A stretch of 64,000 nucleotides of DNA from Pseudomonadota bacterium (GCA_043806915.1 JAZDGM010000020.1:21690-85689); one strand, 5' to 3'. Counted from the stretch's first letter, positions 19,374 to 30,070 are shown. Numbers and translations: made by a program. Notes: a model not told the origin generated them from the sequence alone.

Positions 19374-20636
19374 ATGGCCGCCGAACCGTTTATCGCCATT
19401 CACGACCTGTGCCACGCGTTTGGAACGGGCGCGTTGAAAAAGGACGTTCTCCAGGACGTGAACATCGATTTTCATCCCGGGGAAATAGTCATCATCATGG
19501 GACCGTCGGGGTCCGGCAAGACCACGCTGTTGACGCTCGCCGGCGGGCTCCGCTCCGTACAGCAGGGCAGCATCCGCATCGGCGGAATTGAGCTCCGCCA
19601 GGCGAAACCCGCCGACATCATGAAAGTCCGGCGACAAATCGGGTTTATCTTCCAGGGGCATAACCTGATCGCTTCCCTGACGGCTCGTGAAAACGTCCAG
19701 CTCGCCCTGACCGTCGACCCCTCCGAGACCGCCGCCTCCTCCCGGCAAAAGGCGCTCCAATATTTGGAAATGGTGGGGCTGGGCGGGCTCGGCCATAAGA
19801 AGCCGGACGAACTCTCGGGAGGGCAGAAGCAGCGCGTGGCCATCGCCCGGGCCCTCATCCGCGGACCCGGGATCATCCTGGCGGATGAGCCGACCGCCGC
19901 CCTCGACCGAAAGACCGGCCGGGAAGTAGTGGACTTGCTCCAACGGCTGGCCCGCCAAGAAGGGGTGGCAATTTTACTGGTAACCCATGATAACCGGATT
20001 CTCGACATAGCCGACCGGATCATCACTCTCGATGACGGTAGAATCGAGGAGACGCACCGCGGACTGGACCGTCTACGGGAGGCCCTGGCGGGCCTGGTCG
20101 CGTTGTTACCCGGGTATGTCACGACGATATCGGCGGCGGCGGAGGGCGGGGACCCGCTCGGAGGCTTGCGGCTCCATTTCCAAGAACTCCTGGAACCATT
20201 ACTGCGTCAAGCCGCGGAATTCGCCGCCCGAAGAATGAGCCCCCTGCTTATGACGCGCGCGCGCAGTCTCGACGACCAGTTGCACGACCTCGCCCTGTGC
20301 GAGGAAACGGTTTCCAGGTTGCTGGTCCTTCTGGCCGCCCCACCCTCGGACAGGTTGAGGGACTTCCAGGACACTTTCTTTCAGTCACTGGAATTCCTGC
20401 TGCTTACCATGGCGGAAACCCGCGGGAATCCCACCGCCGCGGAAATCGACATCCTGGCGCGGCTGACGGAAGACCGCGAGGAACTGATGACCCGTCTCCG
20501 GGCAAGGTATTTTGATTCCGCGCTGCTGGGCGAGGAAGAAAAGCGGCGCATCCTCGAGCTGACCGACCTCTTTTCCCGGACCGTCTATTTCATGTCTAAA
20601 TTGGCGGAGTCGTGGCGGAGTTGGATAACGGCCTGA
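19374..20636 (+). CDS. DevA-like ABC ATPase with about 190-aa C-terminal helical extension
   Basis: GPSGSGKT, LSGGQKQR, ILADEPTAALD, VTHD; start placed at ATG 19374. Confidence 0.9.
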   Translation: MAAEPFIAIHDLCHAFGTGALKKDVLQDVNIDFHPGEIVIIMGPSGSGKTTLLTLAGGLRSVQQGSIRIGGIELRQAKPADIMKVRRQIGFIFQGHNLIASLTARENVQLALTVDPSETAASSRQKALQYLEMVGLGGLGHKKPDELSGGQKQRVAIARALIRGPGIILADEPTAALDRKTGREVVDLLQRLARQEGVAILLVTHDNRILDIADRIITLDDGRIEETHRGLDRLREALAGLVALLPGYVTTISAAAEGGDPLGGLRLHFQELLEPLLRQAAEFAARRMSPLLMTRARSLDDQLHDLALCEETVSRLLVLLAAPPSDRLRDFQDTFFQSLEFLLLTMAETRGNPTAAEIDILARLTEDREELMTRLRARYFDSALLGEEEKRRILELTDLFSRTVYFMSKLAESWRSWITA

Positions 20637-20746
20637 AACGTCGCTCTCAACCTACAAAAATAACGGCGCATCCGGTCATGGGGCGAGGTTGATGTCAGCG
20701 GCGGGTTGAAAATGTAAGGAAAATGGCCAAATGGAAATGAGCTAGG

Positions 20747-21200
20747 CTGGTTCCCAAGCTCTAGCTTGGGAGCCTCGGCCAGGGAAGCTCCAGACACCTA
20801 TATGCTTCAACTTCTTTACAAACAGATCAAGTTTTTACTTGACGGGTTGAGGCGAAGCTTCGCCGGCTTCCTCACTCTAGAGATGTAGCGCCCCGCCCCC
20901 GTCCATAATCGCCGGCCAGGGGATAGACCTTGCCCGGCAAGCCTTCAGGCATGGGTTCAACGGGACGGATGATATTTCAAACCGACTAATATCGATACCT
21001 TCACCGCCGCGCTGATTCCCCGTGGTTGCTTTCTGGATAAAGTGGGGAAGCTAGAGCTTCCCCTTTTCGGGTTCCCAAGCTAGAGAGGCCGTGAAAGTAT
21101 TCAAAAGTTGAGAATAACGCCATCGTGATTTCAACTATTTACGTCATAAAAAATGGACGAAATGGCAATTCTTTCACAGCCTCTAGAGCTTGGGAACCAG
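20747..21200. repeat. REP/REPIN-like element bounded by 18-bp inverted ends
   Basis: CTGGTTCCCAAGCTCTAG (20747) and CTAGAGCTTGGGAACCAG (21183-21200); internal GGGAAGCTAGAGCTTCCC palindrome. Confidence 0.75.
21085..21183. mobile_element. 99-bp MITE with 4-bp TAGA target duplication
   Basis: TIRs GAGGCCGTGAAAGTATT / AATTCTTTCACAGCCTC (15/17 match); TAGA at 21081-84 and 21184-87. Confidence 0.8.
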
Positions 21201-21503
21201 CGGATATTGGATGTCTTTGCAAAAAGTCTCCGCGAAACCATTTGGCCATCGTTTAGCCCTCCCTGCCCGATGACCAGGATACAAGGGGCCACGCCAGCAA
21301 GAAATCGAAAAGAAAAAAATGAAGTAGTCAAATTTTTTGAACTGAAAAAAAAGGAATAATACAATTTCAGATGGCCAGGTTTTAGGCATTATCAGATGGC
21401 CTATGACGTTCGTTCAAGACCGGACCCCTTGGGGGCGCGGCCTAAATCGGTTATATCGGGGGCCGTCCGCGGGGGCTAGGAATTATGCGGGAACGGAATT
21501 TTG

Positions 21504-21532
21504 TTGACAATCACGGCGGAGGCCTCGATAAT
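21504..21532 (+). promoter_or_regulatory. sigma70 promoter of the aroF-pheA leader
   Basis: TTGACA-N17-GATAAT. Confidence 0.7.
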
Positions 21533-21565
21533 TGCCAATGGAAAGGTGACAACGGTACTGACTTG

Positions 21566-21664
21566 ATGTTGAATTCAAACCAAAAACCCAATGGCGGCGG
21601 ACGCGAAGCCCAGGCTTGGCGGTCCTTTTTTTATTTTTGCTTTTTTAGCCGTCCATCCGGGTAG
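21566..21664 (+). CDS. aromatic-rich attenuator leader peptide (32 aa, MLNSNQKPNGGGREAQAWRSFFYFCFFSRPSG)
   Basis: Trp, 5 Phe and Tyr within 10 codons, between promoter and terminator upstream of aroF-pheA. Confidence 0.75.
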   Translation: MLNSNQKPNGGGREAQAWRSFFYFCFFSRPSG

Positions 21665-21722
21665 GTTGAGTCGATAAATAACTCCCCGGATGGATTCAGA
21701 CTCCCTCCGGGGTGGGAGAATT

Positions 21723-21755
21723 AAAACCCCAAGGATTTTTCCTTGGGGTTTTTTT
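21723..21755 (+). terminator. attenuator terminator
   Basis: AACCCCAAGGA-TTTT-TCCTTGGGGTT-TTTTT in the 5' leader of aroF-pheA. Confidence 0.85.
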
Positions 21756-21867
21756 GTGCGCGTTTTCGGCGCGGCCCCGACGGCCGCGGGGATATAATTA
21801 AGGAACAGGTTCCGGTCGGGGCCGGGCGATTGGCCGCGGGCCTCGATCGTGGAAATGGAGGCTTTCA

Positions 21868-23766
21868 ATGATTTTGGTTTTGGAAAAAGGCATTTCGGAC
21901 GGGGACAGGGAGCGCCTGAAATCGACCCTCCGGTCCGAGAACTGCATTGTCAAGGAGATTCATGGCGTCGGGGAGACCATTATCGGCGTTGTCGGCAAGA
22001 TCAGCCGCGATGTCCGTCAGTTCGAGGCCCTGCCCGGCGTGGCCAAGGCCATTCCCGTGAGCAAGCCCTATAAACTGGTCAGCCGGGAAATGGCCCCGGA
22101 ATCCTCGACCATCAAGATCGGGGATGTCGAAGTCGGCGGGGGCCGCCTGGTGGTTATCGCCGGCCCCTGCGCCATCGAGAGCCGGGAAGGGGCCCTGGAG
22201 ATCGCCCGGATCGTCCGGCGGCACGGCGCGGTGCTGTTCCGGGGCGGGGCCTTCAAGCCGAGGACGTCGCCCTATTCCTTCCAGGGGTTGGAAGAGGAGG
22301 GGTTGAAAATCCTGGCCCAGGTCCGGGAAGAGACCGGGCTCGGGGTGGTGACCGAAATCACGGCGCCCAGCCAGGCCGACCTCTTTGTCAAATACGTGGA
22401 CGTGGTCCAGGTCGGCGCCCGGAACATGCAGAATTTCGAGTTGTTGAAATGCGTGGGGCGGCTGGGCCTGCCCGTCCTGCTTAAAAGGGGCTTGTCCGCC
22501 ACGATTCAGGAATGGCTCATGGCCGCCGAATACATCCTCTCGGAAGGCAACGACAAGGTCATTCTGTGCGAACGCGGCATCAGGACTTTCGAAACCTACA
22601 CCCGCAACACCCTCGACCTGACCGCCGTGCCGGTGATCAAGAAGCTCAGTCACCTTCCCATAATCGTCGACCCCAGCCACGCGACCGGCATTCGGGACAA
22701 GGTCCTGCCCATGGCCCGGGCCGCCGTGGCCGCCGGGGCCGACGGCCTGACCATCGAGGTCCATAACGACCCGGACCACGCCCTGTCCGACGGGCCCCAG
22801 AGCCTGTACCCCCATCAGTTCGAGAAATTGATGCGCGAACTCTACGTCATCGCTCCGGTGGTGGGCAAGCAGGTCGACTTCAACTACATCGAAAAAGCCG
22901 CCATGAGAAAAAAACGGGCCGGGCTGGGGGTCAAGGCCCCGCTGAAGGTGGCGTACCACGCGGCGCCGGGCCTGTCCAGCCACAAGGCGGTGGTCAACTT
23001 TTTCGGGAAGGATTATCCGGCCGAAAGCCGCAAGTCGTTCCGGGAAGTTTTCGAGGCCGTGGACAAGGGCGAGGCGGCCCTGGGGCTGGTTCCCGTGGAA
23101 AACACCCTGTCCGGCAGCTTTCACTCCAATTTCGACCTATTGGTGGATTACGATTTAAAAATAGCCGGCGAGCTGACCCTGCGCATTGTCCACAACCTAA
23201 TCGGCGCAGGGAACCACGACCTGTCCGGACTCCGGAGAATTTATTCCCATCCCGCCGTGTTCGAGCAATGCCGGGAGTTTCTGGATCAACATCCCGAGTG
23301 GGACCTGATCTCCCTGGGCGACACGGCCGCGAGCGTCGAAAGGATCAAGGAAAACAACGACCCTTCCGAGGCGGCCATAGCTTCCCAGGACGCGGCCGAG
23401 CTGTTCGACATGCCTATTCTCAAGGAAGGCGTCGAGACCAATCCCGATAATTTCACCCGGTTCGTCATCATCACCAAGGGCGAGTTCCTGAACGGACCCA
23501 AGAACAAGTCGTCGCTGATCTATTCCGTGGACGACAAGCCCGGGGCGTTGTTCGAGACCCTCCGTATTTTTTCCGATAATCATATCAACATCGTGAAGCT
23601 GGAATCCCGTCCGGCCCATGGCCGTCCCTTCGAATATTTCTTCTACGTGGACCTGGACCTCGACCTGTCGGACGACAAAAACGCCCACGTCATGGAGGGC
23701 CTGCGGCTGAAGACCAAGTTCTTCAAGCTGCTCGGCTGCTACAGCGCCGGAAACCCCTCGGCCTAG
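21868..23766 (+). CDS. aroF: DAHP synthase (type I-beta) fused to prephenate dehydratase with ACT domain
   Basis: [30 protein letters not shown]; then [22 protein letters not shown]. Confidence 0.93.
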   Translation: MILVLEKGISDGDRERLKSTLRSENCIVKEIHGVGETIIGVVGKISRDVRQFEALPGVAKAIPVSKPYKLVSREMAPESSTIKIGDVEVGGGRLVVIAGPCAIESREGALEIARIVRRHGAVLFRGGAFKPRTSPYSFQGLEEEGLKILAQVREETGLGVVTEITAPSQADLFVKYVDVVQVGARNMQNFELLKCVGRLGLPVLLKRGLSATIQEWLMAAEYILSEGNDKVILCERGIRTFETYTRNTLDLTAVPVIKKLSHLPIIVDPSHATGIRDKVLPMARAAVAAGADGLTIEVHNDPDHALSDGPQSLYPHQFEKLMRELYVIAPVVGKQVDFNYIEKAAMRKKRAGLGVKAPLKVAYHAAPGLSSHKAVVNFFGKDYPAESRKSFREVFEAVDKGEAALGLVPVENTLSGSFHSNFDLLVDYDLKIAGELTLRIVHNLIGAGNHDLSGLRRIYSHPAVFEQCREFLDQHPEWDLISLGDTAASVERIKENNDPSEAAIASQDAAELFDMPILKEGVETNPDNFTRFVIITKGEFLNGPKNKSSLIYSVDDKPGALFETLRIFSDNHINIVKLESRPAHGRPFEYFFYVDLDLDLSDDKNAHVMEGLRLKTKFFKLLGCYSAGNPSA

Positions 23767-23842
23767 TAGGTTGCTTCGAATCGGTCCCCGCCCCGACCCT
23801 GGCCGCGGTCGCGACGGGGGCCGGTCCGGGGAGCGGGACGCG

Positions 23843-26296
23843 CTATATTTTTTTCCTGTTCAGCCGCAGGCTGTTCATGACCACCGTGACGCTGGAAAGG
23901 GCCATGGCGCCGGCCGCCATGGCGGGGTGCAGGTCCCGGAGAAAGCCGGGAACAAGGGTGACATAATGGAAGACCCCGGCGGCCAGGGGGACCAGGGCGA
24001 GGTTGTAGAAAAACGCCCAGAAGAGGTTCTGCTTGATGGTCCGCATGGTGGCCTTGGAAAGCCCGATGGCCCGGGCCACTCCGGACAGCTCCCCGCCCAC
24101 CAGGGTGATGTCTCCGGCTTCCATGGCCACGTCCGCTCCGGTCCCAATGGCCACGCCCACGTCGGCCCTGGCCAGGGCCGGGGAATCGTTGATGCCGTCT
24201 CCCACCATGGCGACCAGCTCGCCCCGGTCCTGGGCCGCGCGGACAATTTTTTCCTTGCCCTCGGGCAGGACCCCGGCCTCGACCCGGTCGATGCCCACCT
24301 TGGCCGCGATGGCCCGGGCGGCTCGTTCGTTGTCTCCGGTGAGCATGACCGGGGTGATGTTCATTTTTTTCAGTTCCGCCACGGCCGCGGCCGCGTGTTC
24401 CTTGGCGGTGTCGGCCACGGCCAGGACCCCGGACGGCGCGCCGTCGATTTCCACCAGCATGACGGTCTTGCCCTGGGCTGACAAGTCCTCGTCGATTTTT
24501 GCGACCTCGGGCGAGAGCGGGCCGTCGGCCTTGAACCAGTCGGGTTTACCCACCCGGACCCGGTGGCCGGAAACAACGGCCTCGATGCCGAAACCGCCGT
24601 GGGCCAGGAATTCGTCGGGCTGCCCGACGGCGGCGCCCCTTTCCCGGGCGCCGGCGGTCACGGCCCCGGCCAGGGGATGCCCGCTGCCGGCCTCGGCCGT
24701 CGCGGCCAGGGCCAGGACCTCGGCGCCGTTGGGGCCGAGGGGAATCCAGTCGGTCAACTTGGGTTGACCCCGGGTGATGGTGCCGGTCTTGTCGAACATG
24801 ACCATGGTCAGGCGATGGGCGGTCTCCAGGGCCTCGCTGTTTTTGAACAATATCCCCAGGCCGGCGCCCTTGCCGGTCCCGACCATGATGGCCGTGGGAG
24901 TGGCCAGGCCCAGAGCGCAGGGGCAGGCGATTACCAGGACGGCCACCATCCGGATCATGGCCGGAACGAATTCGCCTCCCGCCACCCACCAGACGCCCAG
25001 GGTGGTCAGGGCGATCAGAATGATCACGGGGACAAAGACCGCGGAAACCCGGTCCGCCAGCCGTTGAATCGGCGCCTTGGAACCCTGGGCCTGTCGAACC
25101 AGGCGGATGATCTGGGACAGGGCGGTGTCCGAGCCCACGCCCTCGGCCTGGACCCGCAGGCGTCCCTGCTGGTTGACCGTGGCGCCGAAAACCTTGTCGC
25201 CCTCGGTTTTGTCCACGGGAATGGACTCTCCGGTCAGCATGCTCTCGTTGACGGAGGAAGCCCCGCCCACGACCAGGCCGTCCACCGGGACGCTTTCCCC
25301 GGGCTTGACAATGACCACTTGCCCGGGCCGGACCCGGTCGGCCGGGATGTCTTTGACTTCCCCGTCGGCCGTTTCCAGGTGAGCGACCTTGGGGGCGAGG
25401 TCCATCAGTTTTCTGATGGCCGCCGAAGCCTGGCCCTTGGCCCGGGACTCGAGCAGCTTGCCCAGTTTGATCAGGGTTATTATCAGGGCGGAAGTTTCAA
25501 AATAGACGTGATGCCCCAGGCCGGGCAGCAGAAGCACGGCCAGGGAATAGAAAAAGGCGGTGGATGACCCGAGCGCCACCAGCACGTCCATATTGGCCGA
25601 ACCTCCCCGGACGCTCTTCCAACCGCTCGAATAAAAACCCCAGCCGGTGTAGAATTGGACCGGGGACGCCAGGGCCAGGAACAGCCAGTTCACCCAGGCT
25701 TCGTGGGCCCAGGGCCCCAGCAGGGCAAAGTCCCTGCTCATGCTCACGACGAACAAGGGCAGGGTGAAGACCACGCCCACCAGGAAATAACGCCTTTGGG
25801 CCCGGAGCTCCCGGGAACGCGCTTCCTGCTCGGCGTCTTCCCCCTCGACGCCCTCGGTCGGGAGGAGCAGTTGAAAACCCGCTTCCCGCACGGCGTCCGC
25901 CATGTCTTCCAGGCCGACCCGGGACGGGTCGTATTCGACGCTGACTCTCTCGGAAGCGAAGTTCACATTCGCGGCCAGCACTCCGGCCACGTTTTCCCGT
26001 AGGGTCCGTTCCACGTTGGCCGCGCACCGGGCGCAGCTCATCCCCACCACCGGAAGCTCGACCTGGCGGCTCGAGCGGGGCAATACCAGCTCGTATCCCG
26101 CGTCCTTGACTATCCGGGCCAGGGCCTGGACATCGATTTTATCGGGATCGAACCTCACCGCGGCCCTTTCCGTCGCGAAGTTGACGTTGGCGGATTTTAT
26201 ACCCGGAACGCCGTCGTTGAGGGCGCGTTCCACCCGGCCCGCGCAGACGGCGCAAGTCATCCCCACCACGGGGAATTCCAAAATTTTTTCTCCCAT
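23843..26296 (-). CDS. copA: copper-translocating P1B ATPase
   Basis: two GMxCxxC domains, TGES, CPC, DKTGT, HP, GDGIND, YN and MALSS. Confidence 0.93.
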   Translation of the reverse strand: MGEKILEFPVVGMTCAVCAGRVERALNDGVPGIKSANVNFATERAAVRFDPDKIDVQALARIVKDAGYELVLPRSSRQVELPVVGMSCARCAANVERTLRENVAGVLAANVNFASERVSVEYDPSRVGLEDMADAVREAGFQLLLPTEGVEGEDAEQEARSRELRAQRRYFLVGVVFTLPLFVVSMSRDFALLGPWAHEAWVNWLFLALASPVQFYTGWGFYSSGWKSVRGGSANMDVLVALGSSTAFFYSLAVLLLPGLGHHVYFETSALIITLIKLGKLLESRAKGQASAAIRKLMDLAPKVAHLETADGEVKDIPADRVRPGQVVIVKPGESVPVDGLVVGGASSVNESMLTGESIPVDKTEGDKVFGATVNQQGRLRVQAEGVGSDTALSQIIRLVRQAQGSKAPIQRLADRVSAVFVPVIILIALTTLGVWWVAGGEFVPAMIRMVAVLVIACPCALGLATPTAIMVGTGKGAGLGILFKNSEALETAHRLTMVMFDKTGTITRGQPKLTDWIPLGPNGAEVLALAATAEAGSGHPLAGAVTAGARERGAAVGQPDEFLAHGGFGIEAVVSGHRVRVGKPDWFKADGPLSPEVAKIDEDLSAQGKTVMLVEIDGAPSGVLAVADTAKEHAAAAVAELKKMNITPVMLTGDNERAARAIAAKVGIDRVEAGVLPEGKEKIVRAAQDRGELVAMVGDGINDSPALARADVGVAIGTGADVAMEAGDITLVGGELSGVARAIGLSKATMRTIKQNLFWAFFYNLALVPLAAGVFHYVTLVPGFLRDLHPAMAAGAMALSSVTVVMNSLRLNRKKI

Positions 26297-26604
26297 GCCG
26301 CATCCCTTTCCGGGCCAAGTCCCCATCGAGCCGCCTTGCGGCTCCGCCCGCGGCCCCCCAGGCTGGTACTAAAGTAACAACGAACAGATTTAATGCAATT
26401 AAAAAAGTTGGGCTAGGCTATTTTTTTCCCGCGGCGAATTGGGCCGCGCCGGTCCGCCCGTGGATTTTGCTTGCCTTCGGGCCGGGTTCCTCATTAGTAT
26501 CGAATGAAATTGTCGAAACCGCCGCCGCAACCCGGGGACGGCGCCCTCTACGCCCGCGCGGGTCCGGTCTCCCGACCTCCAAGCCTGGTTTACGCCGGAA
26601 TGAC

Positions 26605-27885
26605 ATGAACAGCGGAAAACATAAAATAAAAATCATGCCGATCGAGGACTTGCGGGTCGGCATGTTCATCCAGGACGTGGGACGAAGCTGGTTCCGTCAT
26701 CCCTGGTTGACCAAAAGCAAGCTGCTAACTTCCACCAGGGAAATTCAGGCCCTGGCGACCTACGGCATTCGGGAGGTCGCGGTCAATTTGTCCCTGGGAG
26801 TAAACCCGATCGAGTTGGACAAGGAAGATCGGGGGAAGGCCGGGTCCCCGCCCCGTCGGCCCCAACCCGGCAAGCTGGAGGAGGTGGAGCGCCGGGTCTC
26901 GGTCCGGCCGGAGGTCGCGGCGGAAACCCAGGTTTCCTGGGAAGAGGAGATATCCCAGGTTTACGAAGTGCGTTTCCGGGCCCTGCAAAGCGTTCGGATC
27001 AGTCTTGAATCCTTCAGGTCCGGCCGGCCCGCGAACCTGGAACTGGCCCGGGAGAGCGTGACGGAGATAATCGACAGCGTCATGCGCAATCGGGACGCCT
27101 TTCTGTCTCTCCTGAAACTCCGGACCCACGACCACTACGACTACAACCACCCCTTGAACGTGGCGGTCCTGGCTGTTTCCTTCGGCCGCCACATCGGTCT
27201 TGATCGAAGTCAGATGAGCGATTTGGGGCTCGGGTGTCTCCTCCAGGATATCGGGAAAACCAAGGTCCCTCCCGAGATTCTGGAAAAACCCGGGCCCTTG
27301 ACCGGGGACGAGTTTGAACTGGTGAAAAAACATCCGGTGTGGGGCGTAAAAATGCTTAACGAGTGCCGGGGGGCCCTTCCCCGCCCGGCGCTGTCCACGG
27401 CCCTTTACCATCACGAACGGTTCGACGGCGGCGGGTATCCGGCCGGGCACGCCGGGAGTCGCTTGAATCCCTACGTCATAATCGCGGGGCTGGCCGATGT
27501 CTTCGACGCCGTGTCGAGCGACCGGCCCTATAATCGGGGTTACCAGCCCTTCCAGGCCTTACAGGTCCTGTTCCGGCTGCGGGGCGAGGCTTTTCCGGCC
27601 GAGTGGGTCGACCGGTTCATTCAGTGCACGGGAATATACCCCACCGGAACGGTGGTCGAGTTGAACACGGGTGAAATGGCCGTGGTGACGGCCGTCAACC
27701 ACGGCCAACTGCTCCGGCCGAAAATCACGATCATCTCCGACGCCCAGGGCCGGCCGGCCAAGCGCTGGAGGAATATCGACTTGAATACCGAGACGTACAA
27801 GGACCGGGCCGTGGCGAGGGTCCTCGATCCCCGGCGGGCCGGAGTGAACCCCGCCGTTATCGTGGACCCGAATTTTCCCGGGTGA
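26605..27885 (+). CDS. DUF3391 + HD-GYP domain protein (HD replaced by QD)
   Basis: DLRVGMFI N-terminus, LLQDIGK, HHERFDGGGYP, ADVFDA, GIYPTG. Confidence 0.88.
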   Translation: MNSGKHKIKIMPIEDLRVGMFIQDVGRSWFRHPWLTKSKLLTSTREIQALATYGIREVAVNLSLGVNPIELDKEDRGKAGSPPRRPQPGKLEEVERRVSVRPEVAAETQVSWEEEISQVYEVRFRALQSVRISLESFRSGRPANLELARESVTEIIDSVMRNRDAFLSLLKLRTHDHYDYNHPLNVAVLAVSFGRHIGLDRSQMSDLGLGCLLQDIGKTKVPPEILEKPGPLTGDEFELVKKHPVWGVKMLNECRGALPRPALSTALYHHERFDGGGYPAGHAGSRLNPYVIIAGLADVFDAVSSDRPYNRGYQPFQALQVLFRLRGEAFPAEWVDRFIQCTGIYPTGTVVELNTGEMAVVTAVNHGQLLRPKITIISDAQGRPAKRWRNIDLNTETYKDRAVARVLDPRRAGVNPAVIVDPNFPG

Positions 27886-27934
27886 TTTTTCCGCCGTCCG
27901 GCGCCCGAGGGACGCCGTCCCGCCGGATTATGTT

Positions 27935-29128
27935 TTAACTTTTACTCATCAGGCGGGTGACGGCTTTATCCAGGCCGTCCAGGGTCAATTCGTACATGGG
28001 GAAAATCCGCTCGATGAACCCGATGGACCTGGTCCAGCCCCATTCGGGTTGGGGCCGGGGATTCAGCCAGACCGAGTGGCGGAAAAAGTCCTTTAACTGG
28101 TTGAGCCGGTCGAGACTGGGCCGACCGCTTCTTTCCTCGATATGAATGGAGCCGTCCGCGGCCATGAGTTCATAGGGGGCCATGGAGGCGTCCCCGACTA
28201 TTATCAGCCGGGTGTCCTGGTCCTGGCGGACGAGTTCGTCGATTTTCTGGGGTTTGTATCTCCGGGGAGGGTCTTCCCAGACCAGGTCGTAAATGGTGTT
28301 GTGGAAGAAGTAGGTTTTCAGGTCCTTGAACTGGGCCCGGGCGTAGTTGAACAGTGTCTGGACGAGCTGCACGTACGGCTCCATGGACCAGCCGCCGTTG
28401 TCGATCATGATGACGACCTTGAGGCGGTCCCTCAGGCCGCGGTCGAACACTATTTCGATCTCGCCGGCGTTCCGCACGGTTTCCCTGATGGTCGAGTCGA
28501 CATTCACCTGGTCCTTGGGGCCGGAGGGGATCATCCGCCGCAGTCTTTTGAGGGCCTCGGCCATCTGGGCCTGGGTGAGGGGGCCTTCCTGGGAATAGTC
28601 CCGGTAGCGCCGGTCGAGGGCGACCTTGACCGCGCTTTTATTGCGGGATACGCCCCCGACCCTCATTCCGCCGGGGTGGTTACCCGAATGGCCCACCGGA
28701 GACGTGCCTCCGGTCCCGATCCATTTGCTGCCCCCGTGGTGTTCCTCGGTCTGTTCCTTGAGGCGTTCGAGGAAATACTTGATCAATTCCTCCGGGGTCA
28801 TCTTGCTCAGTTCTTCCGGGTCGACGCCCAGGGCCTGGGCGATTTCCTCGGGCCGTTTCAGCCATTCATCCAGCATGGCCCGGGCCGCCTCGGTCAGGTC
28901 CACGCCCCGCCAGTCCGGCATTTCGGCGCCCTCGAAATGGTGGGCGAACACTTGGTCGTACAGGTCGAAATACCTTTCGCTTTTGACCAGGATGCTTCGG
29001 GCGGCGATGTAGAAATCGTCCAGGCTGTTGATCAGGCCGCAACAGAGGGCCTTTTGCAACCGGAGGAATGACGTCGGCGTGGCCGGAATTCCCACCAGTC
29101 GTAGTTGAAAGAAAAAATCGATAAACAT
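27935..29128 (-). CDS. VWA domain (CoxE-like) protein
   Basis: HHGGSKWIGTGGTSP, IDNGGWSM MIDAS-like, IVGDASMAPYEL, WLNP. Confidence 0.85.
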   Translation of the reverse strand: MFIDFFFQLRLVGIPATPTSFLRLQKALCCGLINSLDDFYIAARSILVKSERYFDLYDQVFAHHFEGAEMPDWRGVDLTEAARAMLDEWLKRPEEIAQALGVDPEELSKMTPEELIKYFLERLKEQTEEHHGGSKWIGTGGTSPVGHSGNHPGGMRVGGVSRNKSAVKVALDRRYRDYSQEGPLTQAQMAEALKRLRRMIPSGPKDQVNVDSTIRETVRNAGEIEIVFDRGLRDRLKVVIMIDNGGWSMEPYVQLVQTLFNYARAQFKDLKTYFFHNTIYDLVWEDPPRRYKPQKIDELVRQDQDTRLIIVGDASMAPYELMAADGSIHIEERSGRPSLDRLNQLKDFFRHSVWLNPRPQPEWGWTRSIGFIERIFPMYELTLDGLDKAVTRLMSKS

Positions 29129-29218
29129 GGCGAACCTCTTATGAACGCAGGCTTGGGTTTTCAGGAAAAACCGAGCTTGGTCCGGGCGTATTTCGCGGCC
29201 CTGATGACGATCTCTTTT

Positions 29219-30070
29219 TTAGCGGCGAAATCGGGCCACCTGCTTGGTCGCCTGTTCGAAATCAGTGCTCTTTTTGAAAAGGACCCCCATGAAGGGCACT
29301 TTTCCCAGGATCAGGTCCTTGGACTGGAAGTCCGGGTCGGCTTCCAAGGCCCTCATCCAATTGATCAGTTCCCGGGTGGCCGGCTTTTTTTCGATGTTGT
29401 GCAGTTCCCGCAACCGGTAAAAGGCGTCGATGGCGGCTTCGGCCAGGGTGCGGTCGAGCTGGGGGAAATGGACGCCGACGATCCGTCTCATCATGTCCGG
29501 TTCCGGGAAGGCGATGTGGTGGAAGTTGCAGCGGCCCAGGAAGGGGTCGGACAGGTCCTTCTTGGCGTTGGACGTGATGACGATGATGGGGCGATGAATG
29601 GCCTTGATGGTTTTATCGACTTCGATGATGTCGAACTGCATCTGGTCCAAAACGTCCAGCATGTCGTCCTGGAAATCGGTGTCGGCCTTGTCGATTTCGT
29701 CGATCAGCAGAACCACCCGGCGGTCGGTGCAAAAGCTCTGGCCGATCTTGCCCATGCGGATGTATTCCTCGATATTGCTGACGTCGCGCTTGGAATCGCC
29801 GAACCGGCTGTCGTTGAGCCGGGTCAGGGTGTCGTATTGATACAGGCAATCCACCAGTTTCAGGCTGGATTTGACGTTCAGTATCAAGAGCGGCATATTC
29901 AGGCTTTCGGCGATGGCATGGGCCAGCATGGTCTTGCCGGTCCCAGGCTCGCCCTTGAGCAGCAGGGGCATTTCCAGGGCGATGGAAATGTTGATGATTT
30001 TGGCCAGCTCGTTATCCAGGACGTATTTGTTGGCGCCTGAGAATCGGGGATGGTTCTGGGCGGTGGTCAT
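29219..30070 (-). CDS. MoxR-family AAA+ ATPase
   Basis: GEPGTGKT, LLIDEIDKAD, TSN; paired with the VWA gene. Confidence 0.9.
   Translation of the reverse strand: MTTAQNHPRFSGANKYVLDNELAKIINISIALEMPLLLKGEPGTGKTMLAHAIAESLNMPLLILNVKSSLKLVDCLYQYDTLTRLNDSRFGDSKRDVSNIEEYIRMGKIGQSFCTDRRVVLLIDEIDKADTDFQDDMLDVLDQMQFDIIEVDKTIKAIHRPIIVITSNAKKDLSDPFLGRCNFHHIAFPEPDMMRRIVGVHFPQLDRTLAEAAIDAFYRLRELHNIEKKPATRELINWMRALEADPDFQSKDLILGKVPFMGVLFKKSTDFEQATKQVARFRR

Noticed and set aside
21367-21401. TCAGATGGCC direct repeat upstream of the aroF promoter
   Set aside because: Two copies only, with no known regulator motif or supporting context.
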